From positions 177,787,942-177,851,941 of the forward strand of contig NC_068981.1 in assembly GCF_001194135.2 (NCBI RefSeq): a DNA stretch of 64,000 nucleotides. Direction: 5' to 3'. This DNA comes from Octopus bimaculoides (taxonomy: Eukaryota). The notes below the pieces were generated by a model that was given only the letters and a program-made list of their open reading frames with translations, did not search any database and was not told the DNA's origin. Positions within the stretch are counted from its first letter, which is position 1. Each line of letters begins with the position of its first letter. This document shows positions 38,635-53,220 of the stretch, piece by piece. A program made the position numbers and the translations under genes.

Positions 38635-41483
38635 CTACATATCCCATTACATTTTGGCATAACCTGCCGATAACTTTGACCTCTAAGAAGCTGCCCACCT
38701 CTCTACCTGACACCAAGGAAAGATACCAGTTAGAAGCTAAATTCTGCTCTCCTAAATCCAAGTACAAATTAGCAAAGAGATTCATCAAACCTGCTGGTAT
38801 GTAGTATAAAATATAAATAAATCAATAAATAATAAAAACTAAGTGTCACTAATAGATGTTAATTTTCATTATACACAAAAAAAAACAAAAAAACTTCAGA
38901 TGATTTAACAATAATAGCATGCAAGGCCAATGAGAGGATTGGTAGAAGAAAACATAATGATGCCACATACATATATACACACACATGCATATGCATGTGT
39001 GCACCCATGTGTGTTTATATTAGCAATTGCTTACAATGGGTGTTGTTGTCCTACCACCCACTACACTCTGTAAAGTGGGTGGCGTTAGAAAGGGCATCCT
39101 GCCATAGAAACCATGCCAAAACAGACTCCAGCTGTCCAGCTCCTGTCAAACCATCCAACCCATGCCGGCATGAAAGATAGATGTTAAATGATGGTGATGA
39201 GGAGGCGGAGGAAGGACATCTATCTATAACAATGCCTTAAATAACAGGTGTTCAACTAATACAAACATGGAAAAACAAATATAAAACGAACGAATGAATC
39301 CATAACCAGCAGGAACTTTATGCATCAATTAGTTTAGAAGTGATAGTTGTGTATTTAAGAAGTTTGCTTGAAAACAATGTGGTCCGTTTCCTCCATATAG
39401 CACCTTGCTAAGAGTCTTCAATTACAACCATATATTGCCCACTGCTTTATGATTGAAATTTAATACATGAAAACTGGAAATATGACTGTAGGAAGCCTGA
39501 TGTGTGTGTGCATGTGTCTCCACAAGTCTTCCCATTGGCAACATTTGGAAAGGGTAACATTTATTTTTATGTCCCACATCTCAATGCTCCAACATGAAAA
39601 TCGGACAGTATAAAGGACCTTGTTTGAAAAAAACATATAATGGTTGCCGTTAAGAATAATATCCAGTCACAGAATACTGCACTGCCTCAAGATGTTTCAT
39701 CCTGTGTATGCCAGCATGGAAAAAGCATGCATAAAAATATAAATGATGATATAGAGGTATCAATCAGTTCAGAAATTACTGTTCATTCTGTTATTTGTTT
39801 CAATCTTTGGATTGTCCACACTCCTACCCTAGAGTGTGTGTTTCTGGTTGAATATATTGGCCAAAGTGCTTATTTACTTTATTGACCTTGGAACATGGAA
39901 AGGCAAAGCAGACCTCTATGAGATTTGAACTTAGCTCATGAAGCTAAGAAGTGTGATCAAACACTAGAATGTAGTTGGCCCAACACACACATACACATAT
40001 AGAGTCATATGTGCATAACAAATTTTTAGAATAGATGCATCACATCTTTGTCATAAGAACATCCAGTCATGAAATACTGCCTCGACATGCCATCCTTGGA
40101 GAGTGGATGTAAAATTGATGATGATGATGATGATGATGATATATTCTTTTTTTTTTCTTTTACTGGTTTAATTGATGAATTTGGCCCAAATTCATATTTC
40201 AGTCTGGAACTTATTTTGTCTACTGATCAGTGAAATTACAAATGTAGAAAACATGACCATAAACCCAGATCCTATATACTATAGGCTTTGGCACTGTGTC
40301 CATCTACCAAATTTCTCTTACAAACTATTAATCAACCTGAGGTTATACAACAAGACACTCGCCAAAGTGCCATGCAGCGGGATTGAACTTAGAATCATGT
40401 GGCTGCAAATTGAATTTCTTATTCACACAGCTACACCTGCACTTGTGTGTGTACCATCATTTTTTGTTTTCTTCTAGCAATCCTCTCATTGGCCTTGTGT
40501 GTTAAATCACGTGTGTGAATGTATGAGTGTGTATGAATGTGTGTGTATGTGTGCGTGTGCATGTGACAAGTGAGCAGACATGGATAGCTAGGTCCCTTTA
40601 GCTCTGGAGAGGACACAGCAACCTCTCTAGTGCTGATGCCCCCCCCTCCCGACACGCACACACACAACCTAGTACACTCAGTAATGTGGCTGGTGTTAGG
40701 AAAGACATCCAGCTATAAAAACCAAACTAAAATTGAAACATGAGTGAGATATGGTTCTCCAACTCGTCTTGAACTGTACCTCTGAACATCCACTGGTTTT
40801 GACTGTGGCCACCCATCCAACCCATGCTAGCAGGGGGCATATAACGACAGTATGTAAGCACTGTAAGCGTGCATGTGCATGTTTGTGCATGCATGCACAC
40901 TCATGAATTCTGAATAGTCCCCATCTCTCAAATTTCATTCACAAGGCTTTTGTCAACAAAACATAATTGTAGAAGACACCTGCTGAAGCTGTATTATAAG
41001 GAGGTCAAACCCAGCGTCACATGGGTTTGAAAGTGAATTTTTTTAGCCACATGGCCATAACTGTACCCATGTATGCTTGTTGTTGTAAGTATTAATGAAA
41101 AATCAAGTATTGCTTTTTGTGCAGACTTCAAATTCAATTTGGCAAAGCAATGGCCACAAATAGTTTTTACACAAAGAGATAGATTAGCATCTTATTTTTA
41201 GCTTACATAACTGCAATATAATATTAATGCTTTCATTGGCAGCCACAGTTTTTTCAAAGACATATTTATCTACAAAAACACAGTGTAAATGATCAATGTT
41301 TTTTTTCTCCTATGTCAATGAAAAATTCATATTTAGAAAAAAAAAAGAGATGTTATAATATGCGTTTATTGAAATGGGAATGGTGTAATACATTTGTCGC
41401 AGGGAAATACACTTAGAACTTCAAACAGTTTCTGTATTTAGCAGGGAAAGTGTGAAGTGAGGAAAATAGACAAGAAAGCTTAC

Positions 41484-41638
41484 CTGGATGTGTTTGCAAT
41501 CATGTCCTCGAGCTGGCAAGGTTATCCTTCGGAACGTGATTGGACATTTCAAAGACACTTTCATAGCTGTCTGCTCTACACCATCTTCTCCATTCAAAGT
41601 ATTACCTCCAGCGGGAACATTGCTAAAGTTTCTTTTGA
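41484..41638 (-). CDS. ZMIZ1: ZMIZ1 exon, SP-RING/MIZ finger first half ([26 protein letters not shown])
   Basis: TTATCAG|TC ... CAG|GTAAGC; 155 nt; phase 1-0. Confidence 0.97.
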
Positions 41639-42423
41639 CTGATAATTCCAGAAGAAATGATTCCATTAGATGAAATAAACACAGCATTCAAAGTAAGAAA
41701 TGTCATAATATTTAACAATTAGAGCTAAAAAGCCTCTCTACCTTTTATTGTTTTAAATTGTAAATTTAGTCTGCATTTTCAGTATCATTCTTCTTGAGTT
41801 AATAAAGAACCTTATAATCAAAATAGTTCTGAAATATCTATTTTATTTCTATTCTTCTTAAATTATTAAACAGCTGGCCAACTAAGCTTAATCTGTTTTT
41901 ATTATTTTCAAAATAATTGCAGCAGGCTTTTGCAACCTGTTTAAAAGTGGTGTTTATTTTATTTTCCTCGGTAGCATAGCAATGACAGTTAATAGTACAA
42001 AAAACTATGGAAATATTCAGCAGGAGAGCTGGGCACAAGGAAACATGAGCATTTTTTAAAACTCTGTTAAAATGTGGACAAATCTGATCATAAGTCATTA
42101 TGTAATATTATATTTAAAATGTTTAGTGCTAAAACAAAAATGAGGATTAAAGTTTTTGTTGTACAGTAATTTGTTTCAGGAAATATCTTCTGTCCCAGCT
42201 TCTTCAAGTAAAACATAAGTAATTCACTAATGCTTCCTTTAGTTTACATCTTCCACTACAAATTATTCGTTCTTTAACGTTTATAAATAATTATACAAAT
42301 GGAAGTGATAAAACTATGACAATATTGATATATTGGTGTAAATAACTTTAACTTAACTCATTTGTAAAATAAAGGAAAATAATATTATTAAAAGTCAGGT
42401 CTTAACAGCTGAAACTAGAACTA

Positions 42424-42696
<273 letters not shown>

Positions 42697-42761
42697 TTAG
42701 CATATAAACATCAATAAATTACTATTGCAAATAAAATCAATGAAAACTTTATCCAATAGAC

Positions 42762-43385
42762 ATCATCAGCATCGGTTAACGCCTGTTTTCCGTGCTGGCA
42801 TGGGTTGGACGGTTCGACTGGGGTCTGGGAAGCCAGGAGGCTGCACCAGGTTCCAGTCTGATCTGGCAATGTTTCTACAGCTGGATGCCCTTCCTAACGC
42901 TAACCACTCTGAGAGTGTAGTGGGTGCTTTTTTTTTATGTGCCACCAGCACAGGAGCCAGAGGGGGCTGGCATTGACCATGATCAGATGGTGCTTTTTAC
43001 ATGCCACCGGCACGGAAGCCAGTCAAGGTGGCACTGGCATCGGCCACGTTCGGATGGTGCTTTTTACATGCCATTGGCACGGGGATCACAACTACAATTT
43101 CCATTTGATTTGATTTTGATATTGCCCTACGATCCAAGGTACTTTTGAGTGGGCTGATTATGTGACACTGGAGTAGGTTACAGCTGTGAACTCATTTTAT
43201 TTGTCAGGTCTTCTCAGTCACAGCATATCTCCAGGTCACAGTCTTTTGTCATTGCCTCTGTGAGGCCCAACATTCGAGGGTCATGCTTCACCAATTCATC
43301 CCATGTCTTCCTGAGTTTCCCTCTACCCCGGATTCCTTCCACTGTTTAGGAGTGGTACTTTTTGACACGGCTCTCTTATCCTGTG
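42762..43385 (-). mobile_element. RTE LINE 3' fragment in a ZMIZ1 intron (ORF2 end GRGKLRKTWDELVKHD + 3'UTR with internal tandem repeats)
   Basis: Peptide and 3'UTR similarity to 16845-18470. Confidence 0.85.
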
Positions 43386-43687
43386 TTTGAAAAGACAATC
43401 TCTCCTCCAGTACTGGTATCATAGTCACACCTGGATTTACTTTGTGTTACTGTAGTAGAGGGAATTGGTAATGGCAGCAGTAGCCAATTTAGATCAAAGA
43501 AACATACAAAACAATATAAATTTAGCCAACATCTTTTTTCAGTTCAATAATTTCAACAACTTACACTTTAATGCATGAAATGAAAATTTGCAACATTATT
43601 CTTATAATTCCATGATTGATTATACCAATAGAAAAAAATTGAAGCAACGAATATAGAAATAAACTGAAACTATAACAGGACACTTAC

Positions 43688-43898
43688 ACAACAGCATGCT
43701 GTTACTGTTATTTGTATGGTGTTTCGGCCTGGTTGGCATACATCCTTCAGATAGAGGGGCTTATGAGAAGTCTTATTTTCTCCTCGCTCTATATTAAGGG
43801 GGGTTGCATTGACACTGACCGTGACAGATGCTGGCCAATTTGTATTCATTTGCCTATCTTCATGATGAAAACATTTCAGCTGCAGTTCAAGGTCAGAT
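43688..43898 (-). CDS. ZMIZ1: ZMIZ1 exon ([25 protein letters not shown]...[14 protein letters not shown])
   Basis: TTTTCAG|A ... TGT|GTAAGT; 211 nt; phase 2-0; not in the ORF track in this frame. Confidence 0.97.
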
Positions 43899-44263
43899 CT
43901 GAAAAGACATACCAGTAAAATTTAATAAAACTTTTACGATAATTTCTCACTCCACCTCTCACCATTTCAGTGCAACAAACAATATAACTCATGAATAAAT
44001 TTAATTTAAAATATTTGTATTGTAAAATTACCAACTTGAAATGCAGACCAATATATTATAAATTCTTACTGCTTTAAACTCATTAACCATTAAAACAAGC
44101 TTTCACTGCACCCTCCGTTAGTTTGTAGCAGCACAAGTACAGACAGACAGAATCCACCTCCCCTCTCTCACTCACCAACACACACAATAGCTGACCAACA
44201 AATATTACAGAAATTAACATTAAGGATAATGCATAGAAGAAATGAAGAAATGATGCTACTAAC

Positions 44264-44399
44264 CGCCACATAAGAGTTTGATAAACAGATTCCCGTAAGT
44301 GAAAGGCATGGTTGCTCACTGCTAAATTGTGTTCCAATCGGAACGGATGAAGTACAGTGCCATCTCGTACAGGAAACGTTAATCGGAGTTCATCATTCT
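44264..44399 (-). CDS. ZMIZ1: ZMIZ1 exon ([44 protein letters not shown])
   Basis: TTTTCAG|AG ... CG|GTTAGT; 136 nt; phase 1-2. Confidence 0.97.
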
Positions 44400-45307
44400 C
44401 TGAAAAGACAAGGAAAATTTATTGAAGGATGCATGTTTTTGCCTCTAATTTCATATCTATCTATCTATCTATATACATACACACAAACAATGAGTGTCTT
44501 TCTGTCTCCATCCACCAAATCCTCTCACAAGCTTTTGGTCAGCCAGAAGCACTTGTCCAAGGTACTACGCAGTAAGACTGAGCCCTAAATTATATTGTTT
44601 AGAAGCAAGCTTCTTAGTCACATAGCCATTTTTATGACTATTGCCATATAATGCTAGAAAACTTCACTTCTGCTAATTCATAACTTCTCACTATGAATTA
44701 GTGAAAGTGTTGTTCCTTTGCTAAAACATTATATCTATTTTTGTCTACATACACACCAAATTATCTTGATAGCTCTCACACTGTTCTATAGTGAAGTCCT
44801 GAAGGCACAGGGATTCAATTAATAATGAATTGGGTTCGACTGGTAGTTGTATAAAACAAAAACAAAAACTAAACGTCACATAACAGCTAGACAAATTGAT
44901 AACTTGGCCTTAATAATCACACAACATTTTTTATTTTGTAATATGCCAACACATCTCAAATAGAGGTGTGATCTTTTATTTTTTTAAATGGAAACAGTAC
45001 ATGCCAATGAGGTCATAGTTTTGCAAAGAAATGGAAAAATTAAAAGCATCCTTGTCATTTTAGCAACTGATCATAAACATTTGACATCTCCAAAGGAGGA
45101 CCTGGTTCAATTTCAGCAAAGGATGTCAAACCATAGATCATTTTAGTCCATGTTAAGACTGCTTTTACAGTTATCATCAGTTCGTTCAATTTCCAAAACA
45201 CATTGTGTCACGCGTGACCTCACACATCTTGTAACACTGTTTATAGTGCTTAACAAGTGTTTTATAGGGGCAGACTGCTAAACCAACACATTTTCTTTTT
45301 TTTTTTG

Positions 45308-45344
<37 letters not shown>

Positions 45345-45538
45345 GGAAGGAGAGGTTGAGCACAGTAGTGCAAGCTAACAAAATATTTGTCAATGTTACA
45401 ATGCTTCTGTTGTTAATTATAGTAAGCTGTACTACATTATGGTACCTACTTACAATAGTTATATTAGATCAAGGTTACAGTAGGGCAACAGCAATAGAAT
45501 ACAAATTCTTATCCTTTTGTCTGTTTGTCCAGTACATT

Positions 45539-45916
45539 GTTGTTGTTGTTGTTGGCACTCATCGTTTATGACGTTGAGGGTTCCAGTTGATCCGATCAAC
45601 GGAACAGCCTGCTCGTGAAATTAACATGCAAGTGGCTGAGCACTCCACAGACACGTGTACCCTTAATGTAGTCCTCGGGGATATTCAGCGTGACACAGTG
45701 TGACAAGGCTGACCCTTTGAATTACAGGCACAACAGAAACAGGAAGTAAGAGTGAGAGAAAGTTGTGGTGGAAGAGTACAGCAGGGTTCACCACCATCCC
45801 CTGCCGGAGCCTCGTGGAGCTTTAGGTGTTTTCGCTCAATAAACACTCACAACGCCCGGTACGGGAATCGAAACCACGAGTCCGCTGCCCTAACCACTGG
45901 GCCATTGCGCCTCCAC
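45539..45916 (-). mobile_element. SINE family A copy with (CAA)n tail, 11-bp TSD with 1 mismatch
   Basis: TCCAGTACATT (45528) / TCCAGTATATT (45917); highly similar to 2603-2984. Confidence 0.9.
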
Positions 45917-45986
45917 TCCAGTATATTACTGAGTCAACTATTTACACCCCACCCACAAACCTTTATCCTTTATGATAAGTCTTTAC

Positions 45987-46137
45987 CTTTCTTAATAGGT
46001 AATGTTGGTTTCAAATCTTGAAACTGTGGTTTTATATCAGCACCTGGGGATACATATGGGGGTACTGCACTGCCTGGGGTCATTGGTGGTGTTGGGTTAC
46101 CAGGGAGTGGTGAGTGCTGGTAGTTCATGTTAGTTTG
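45987..46137 (-). CDS. ZMIZ1: ZMIZ1 exon ([23 protein letters not shown]...PIKK)
   Basis: TTTCAG|CAA ... G|GTAAAG; 151 nt; phase 0-1; conserved [13 protein letters not shown]. Confidence 0.95.
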
Positions 46138-48375
46138 CTGAAACAAAGAAAATAAGACAAAAAGTTGTAAAAAAAAAAAAATCAATTACAAGACATTTTA
46201 ATATTTTTGTGTGCATGTATGTATAAGTATGTATGTATGTATGTGTGAGTGTGTGCACAATATAAAAATATCAAGCAACAACCTTTTCATTCATCCATCC
46301 ATCCATGCATCTGTCAATCAAGAACTGAGTATCTTGGAAGTAGATTTGACCTACTTTTAGATGTCTATCAGTTGCTTGGGCCTCTAACCCAGGAGGCATT
46401 GCACTAACCTCTCCTCTTATCTGGAAGAGGAGCAAAAAAGTAAATAATGATCTCTTTACAACAGTGAGCTCTTTACTTTTCTAAACTATGATATTTATCA
46501 ATTAGCTAGACATATAATTCATAAAATAGCAATTCAAATTAAATACAATAATAATAAAAACTATTATTTTTTTTTTTTAGATTGAAGAGGCATAAGTCTA
46601 TTGTAAAATTCACTTGTATATTTTTTCCTTACAAAAAAAAAAATATATATATTTTTTTTTATATATAACCGTTACTATGAATAGAATAACTGCACGAGTA
46701 TGTATGCGTGTGTTTGTGAGTTTATGTACGTACGTGTAACTGTGTACACATAAGTAACAGCTGTTTATAACTCGGCAAAATGTTTTTACAATTAGATTTT
46801 TTTTTCTTTTTCAAGAAAATCAATGACCATCTGTTTTTCTTCTTTTTCTAATTTCAGTCAGCTCCAACAGTATATATATACATATATATATTTGTGAGCC
46901 TAATACTCTAACCATTGAGCCATGTGCCTTCATGTGTGTGTTTGTGTATCTTCTCAAAGAAAATCTAGTGGAGCAGTGAGTGTTCAGTACCTCAAATAAC
47001 CTGCTCAAAAAGTTATTTCTCGTATTCGAAATCCACATCTCTTTTAAATGTGACATGTTTTCATGTGAAAGTCGATGTTATTTTCACAACAAGCATTTAT
47101 ATCTGCAATTTATAATATAATCACTTTCTAATAAATACATACATACATGCATACATACATGTGTGTGTGTAAGCAAAATAAAATTTGATTCATTTCAAAT
47201 TTTGGTTTTTCACAACTGTCAGCTAAAAGTATATTTCTTTCTGTTTTTATGCCTCACCCCACTTTAAGTTAACATGCAATGTCACAATTTTGCTCCGGAA
47301 TAAGACACATACACAATGCATAACTGAATGCTAGCAAGGCCTGCTCCTATTTCATGATGAGTTCTTAGAACGAGGAAATAAACAGCTATGCTGTTGTACA
47401 TACAAAAAAAAAAAAAAAAAAATTTTTTAAAGGGGTGAAGGGTAGTTGCTCTAATAATATCTATACTATTCATGGTAGTAAGGAATAACAGACACTGACA
47501 TAACTAAAACAAATCAATATGAATTCATAATCTGTAAGAAAGTAGCACTGATAATATATCACCCTCAAATTAGGGATGTTTCTATGATATTTCTCATCAG
47601 TCATCTGACTGCAAATGGGAGTATTCCAAAAGAGTATTTCTTTGCACATAACATACACCTTCTTGTTGTTGTTCCTCTTCATCATCATCATCTTTTTATC
47701 ATCCACTTTTTCATGTGTGAATGGATTGGACAAAATTCATTGAGCCAGATTTGTTATAACCAAATTTCCTGAAGAAATCCTTTGTGTATGTGCATGCATG
47801 TCAGTGAGTGTGTGTGAGAGAGAGATAGAGAGATATAAAGAAATAGATAGATAGATAGAGAGAGAGAGAGACTCTAAGTATCATGCAATAGTTACAAATG
47901 AGTGCAACTATCATATAAGTTTTATATGAAGGTATTTATACTTGGCCATTATACAATGGTGATTTCCAGAAGCAAAGATCTTTGGTCCCACCTAACTCTT
48001 AACTTGGGGTGTGTTTTATTTACCGACAAATATATTATGTATATCAGTGCAACAATATAAACATGTCTCCATCCCATATTTATTTATATAAATAAATGAG
48101 GGAAGACTCAGATGATGATAAAACAGAATTCAGATAAATCATAAATCGTCAACCAGTTCGCTGCAAAGCAACAGTGCTGACAAGTCATTTGCCAAATCTC
48201 ACTCATATATACACACACACGTTCTTCAATTACACATACACATGTAGACATTTACAATTGATGGATAGTGGTGAGAAAGGTGAAAAGGTAGTGAAAAGAA
48301 ACTGCACAAAGCCCAAACCAGTTAACTAGATTAAGTTACAAAGAAAACCAGTTATAAAGTTGTAGTAAAACCTAC

Positions 48376-48621
48376 CTGAAAATTTTGCTGTGTAGGGAAC
48401 TGGTTGGGAAAACCAGGGGGTTGGGGTTGTCTAGTGGAGAATTGATTTGGCCCCATATATATATTTTGACCATTGGAATAAGGTGGGGTAGGTCCATTAG
48501 GGCGAATGCCTTGCTGTGGTGGCCCTACATAGTTTGGTGAGGGCAAGGGTTGTTGAGTTGGAGGGTACTGTGCCTTGCCCGGGTGCTGTGGTTGGCTCCC
48601 ATATGCTGTTGGTGCACCATA
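48376..48621 (-). CDS. ZMIZ1: ZMIZ1 exon, Pro-rich (YGAPTAY...LPSPNY...QQNFQ)
   Basis: CCTACAG|TAT ... CAG|GTAGGT; 246 nt; phase 0-0. Confidence 0.9.
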
Positions 48622-49247
48622 CTGTAGGTGAAAATACATAGTGATTAAGCATAAACTAAGGATGGTGAAGGATTGCAGTATATTGGAATCTTACTTAAAA
48701 CGTGGATCTGTGTAAAGTAGATGTCATTGTACATTATGCATTTATAATATATTACACAATCATTTACTTTATGTATCACACACACACACATATATATATA
48801 CATATATTGTGTGTGTGTGTGTGTGTATGTTATATATAACACCCACTGGAAACATTTCCTCTATTGAACACAAGAAATCTTCAATGTTTCAGTGATTTTT
48901 TTTTTTTTTAAATAATTAAAATTTTTAATTAGAAACTAAAGTAGTCACATAAATTAAATGTAAAATATAAGTTATAATTTGTCTAATTTTAAAATATATT
49001 TTAATTATTGACAAAAGATTGATTATTGATATAATTTGTAAATATATATATTATATAATTTTATTTACAACTATATATATGCCCTAGAGTATATATGTTA
49101 AGGTGGATATAATTTCGATGCTTATGAGAATGCAAACTGTTGTGCAATAATTACAATAAAGCTTGTGAATTATGAGTGTTACTATAAGCAAGATTAGTAC
49201 TAAGATTGCAGGTGAAAGAAGCTAATCAACAAGCCAACATTCCCTAC

Positions 49248-49469
49248 CTGAGTGCCATTTGGATATTGCTGTTGTCGTTTCTGGAGAATTTGCTGTGGAC
49301 TTGGGTAGGGTGAAGCTCTCCTTTGATGATTGTACATAGTAGGCATAGTTGGCTTGCTTGGCATCCCTCCTGGACCCGGCGGTGGACCTTGAGCCAGAGT
49401 CATACTGCCTGGAGGTGGACGTTGTTGAGGAATTCCATACTGATTATTAAAATGTTGCTGACTTTGCAT
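49248..49469 (-). CDS. ZMIZ1: ZMIZ1 exon, Pro/Gln-rich (MQSQQHF...YPNGTQ)
   Basis: TTTTCAG|ATG ... CAG|GTAGGG; 222 nt; phase 0-0. Confidence 0.9.
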
Positions 49470-49529
49470 CTGAAAATGAGGAAAAATTCATGTGTAAAGA
49501 AAGAGAGAATTTAATTAATCTCAATTTAG

Positions 49530-49575
<46 letters not shown>

Positions 49576-49579
<4 letters not shown>

Positions 49580-49868
49580 ATCAGATTGGAGCCTGGTGTA
49601 GCCATCTGGTTTCACCAGTCCTCAGTCAAATCGTCCAACCCATGCTAGCATGGAAAGCGGACGTTAAACGACGACGACGACGACATAAAAAGCTCTGCCC
49701 ACTCTATGGGGTGGCTGGTGTTAGGAAGGGCATCCAGTTGTAAAAGCCATGCCAAAGCAGACACAGTAGCCCGGTATAGTCTTCTACCTGGTAAACTCCT
49801 GTCAAACCGTCCAACCCATGCCAGCATGAAAGACAGACGTTAAATAATGGTGATGATGATGATGATGA
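49576..49868 (+). mobile_element. Two adjacent RTE 3' ends
   Basis: Tails (GAC)n at about 49670 and (GAT)n at about 49855. Confidence 0.8.
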
Positions 49869-50661
49869 TATCATGTGACTGACTGCTGCTATCATTAGTT
49901 GTTCAATCAACTGAATCAGAAAACTAGTTGTTACTAGATCACCAATGTTTAAATTTGTTTGACTGCCTGTGTTTTAAGTTATTTAATTTAAGTAATAAAC
50001 ATCTGGGTATTGGTAGAACTGATGAAGAAAGAAATAACTACCAACAATATCTTGATAGTGATCTGATATACAAGGCTACATGTTTTTAAATGATGGAATC
50101 ATTTTTGATTTATTGAGAAAGTAGGACTGTGACAACTTAGCATTTTTCTTTCTGTAACTCTAAATAGCTCTGCCTCTTCTTCACCACCATCATTTATATG
50201 TACAATAGCTGGCCACTGTACATATGCATTGATGGTGGATGTATAACAGATAAAGCAACATAAGTAAGCCTAACATACCAATTTAGCTTTCTATCTGTGA
50301 GCAACATAACTTTGTCTTCAATAAAAGTTTAAAATCTTAGGTGTTAATAGGACAATAGTGCCAGAGTGAATGGCAAAGATATTATCAAGATATTTTATAG
50401 CAGAATAATTAGGCCTTGGTCAAATAAAGTGCAAAGCATGTAATCTGCAGTTTTGTTGTTTGTATAATTTTTGCAAAGAAACTCATAAGAGACAGAATTA
50501 CTGAAGAGTGTTATGTACTTATTAAAGGTGTTCATTTATATCTTATTTAAATGAACAAGTTGCAAAAATAATACAAACTAGCTTGTTAGAGAAAGTTTAA
50601 GTGATCTTTAGTTTTGGGATTTGGTTTGCAAGATTCTTTATGTGAGTTCATGTGTTGAAGC

Positions 50662-50865
50662 ATATTTTGTTGTGTCTAGGGAGAGTCATTGTCTTTTAGT
50701 GCCTTATTATTTAACACACTCACCAGTAAAGTCTCCACTCATTTATTTTATCTAAAATTTTAAGAAAATATTAGGCAAAAATAAGTAAATGAGTGGAAAT
50801 TTCATCGGTGAGTGTGTTAAATAGGGCACTAAAAGAGAATGATTTTCCCCAGACACAACAATATG
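50662..50865. repeat. Foldback / MITE-like inverted repeat, about 85-bp arms and 30-nt loop
   Basis: TTGTGTCTAGGGAGAGTCATTGTCTTTTAGTGCC... pairs with ...GGCACTAAAAGAGAATGATTTTCCCCAGACACAA. Confidence 0.8.
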
Positions 50866-51368
50866 TGTGTGTGTGGAAAACATTTTGTCTTTTGCATACT
50901 TAAGATTACCAGAAATCAAAGACAAATACCAATCCTTATTTACAAGTGACTGAAACTACTAAACACACACGCTAAATATATCAGTAGAACTCAGAAGTAC
51001 AACCAGTAAATAGGTATATAGATATTTGTTAAGATGCCAATATTTATAGACTGCTCATTCTAGCAAGCTACAAATAGTTTATAAGGGATATGTTTGACTT
51101 GTAAACACTTTCATAAACTATTCTAGTAAATTTTGCAACAAATATAAATATGTACACACACACACACGCACACACATAAACACATGCATACATACCCCTC
51201 ACACACACACATAACTACTCAAAGCTATTATTATTTATTTAAGAATTTAAACTCAACAAAAAGCACTTAAATGAAGTAATTTCCATCTCTATGCAATTGT
51301 CAGCGTATTTTCAATTTTTAATTGTCTCATTTTCATTTTTAACTGTCATCTAAAAATGAAAAACTGCT

Positions 51369-51492
<124 letters not shown>

Positions 51493-51663
51493 TGGAAATT
51501 ATCAACTGTGTTTTGTTTTTACACATATTGAATCTATAAATTGATTGCTCTGTATGTATATATATGCATCAAACATAGCAAGTGTAAGAAACCCACAAGA
51601 GAAAGACCAAATAAGATGAAGAATCATAATGAATGGAGAGACACTATCAACCTCAATAAAAAC

Positions 51664-51704
<41 letters not shown>

Positions 51705-52203
51705 AAGAGTACAGGCACAGTAACTATTTTAGATGTTTGTGATAAGGGTTCAAAGAAACAGACTGATAAATAAAGTCGGTATTTAGAAAGGTTAGCAAGT
51801 ATGTACATGTACACAAACACACACAAGTTTATATGGCTTTTGCATATTTTGATATTTGTAAGAATTATTGGGTCAACATTTCTATAGAGTAATGGCTTCT
51901 AATGCTAACTGTAAAGAGCGAATTCTGGCTATTTTTAGCTGTGCGGGGGTCGATTTTATCGACTCACTCCCGTTCCCAAAACTGCTGGCCTTGTGCCTAA
52001 ATTACTAACTGCTACTGCTACTACTACAACTACAACAATAACAGCAACCAATAGAACTAAAATAGTTTTCTAAGCAGTTTCTTAAGAGGTAAATTGTAAA
52101 GTTCCCATTATTTATATATAATCTTGAAACGTACTTTCATTTAGAGTATCTGAAAAGGTTTTATATATAATCAAGACATCATAAAGAAGAATGGAGAATT
52201 ATA

Positions 52204-52515
52204 CATCATCATCATCGTTTAACGTCCGCTTTCCATGCTAGTATGGGTTGGATGATTTGACTGAGGACTGGCGAACCAGATGGCTACACCAGGCTCCAAT
52301 CTGATTTGGCAGAGTTTCTACAGCTGGATGCCCTTCCTAACGCCAACCACTCCAAGAGTGTGGTGGATGCTTTTACGTGCCACCGGCATGAAGGCCAGTC
52401 AGGTGGTACTGGCAACGGCCACGCTCAAAATGGTGTATTTTACGTGCCACCTGCACAGGAGCCAGTCCAGCGGTACTGGCAACGATCTCGTTCGAATGTC
52501 TTTACACGTGCCACC
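52204..52515 (-). mobile_element. RTE 3' end with about 3 internal ~66-bp repeats
   Basis: Family similarity. Confidence 0.85.
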
Positions 52516-52899
52516 TTCAAAATATATTTATTAAAGCATTATTCTGAATCAAATTCCAATCCAACACATGTTTCTGCTGGATAAGTGTCCTAGTGTCAAT
52601 TGATGTTGCAGTTATGTGCATTAGTTGATTTAAATTTTAATCAGTTCCAGTACATATTCGTACCTATGCTGCTTTGTTCAAGGTTTTAATCCTGCATGGG
52701 TAAAACCTTCAACAAAGCTGTATAGGAATGTCTACCCTAGATGAATATGTACTGCAACTAATTTAAATTTAAATCAACTATTGCAGATAAGTGTTACATC
52801 AAAGTACACTTATCCTGCAGAAACTCATGTCAGAATGGAATTTGATGAAAATAATGCTTTAATAAATAAATTTTGAAGATGTATAATTCTCCATTCTTC

Positions 52900-53220
52900 T
52901 TTATGGTATTTTGGTTCCCAACCACATAATTCAAGGTTTAGCCCCACTGCATGCACCTTGGGCAAGTGTCTTTTACTATAGCCCCGGGCTGACCAAAGCC
53001 TTGTAAATGGATCTGGGAGACAGAAACTGAAAGACACTCATTGTGTGTATATGTGTGTGTGTTTGTGCCCCCAGAACTTAGTGGTTCAGCAAAAGAGACC
53101 AACAGAATAAGTACCAGGCTTAAAAAACAAGTACTGAGCCAATTCATTTGACTAAAAAAAAAAAAAAAAAAAATTCATGGCTGCAGTCTAATGACTGAAA
53201 CAAGTGAAAGATAAAAGATA
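52900..53220 (+). mobile_element. SINE family B copy
   Basis: Core and 3' half ending GACTGAAACAAGTGAAAGATAAAAGATA. Confidence 0.75.
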
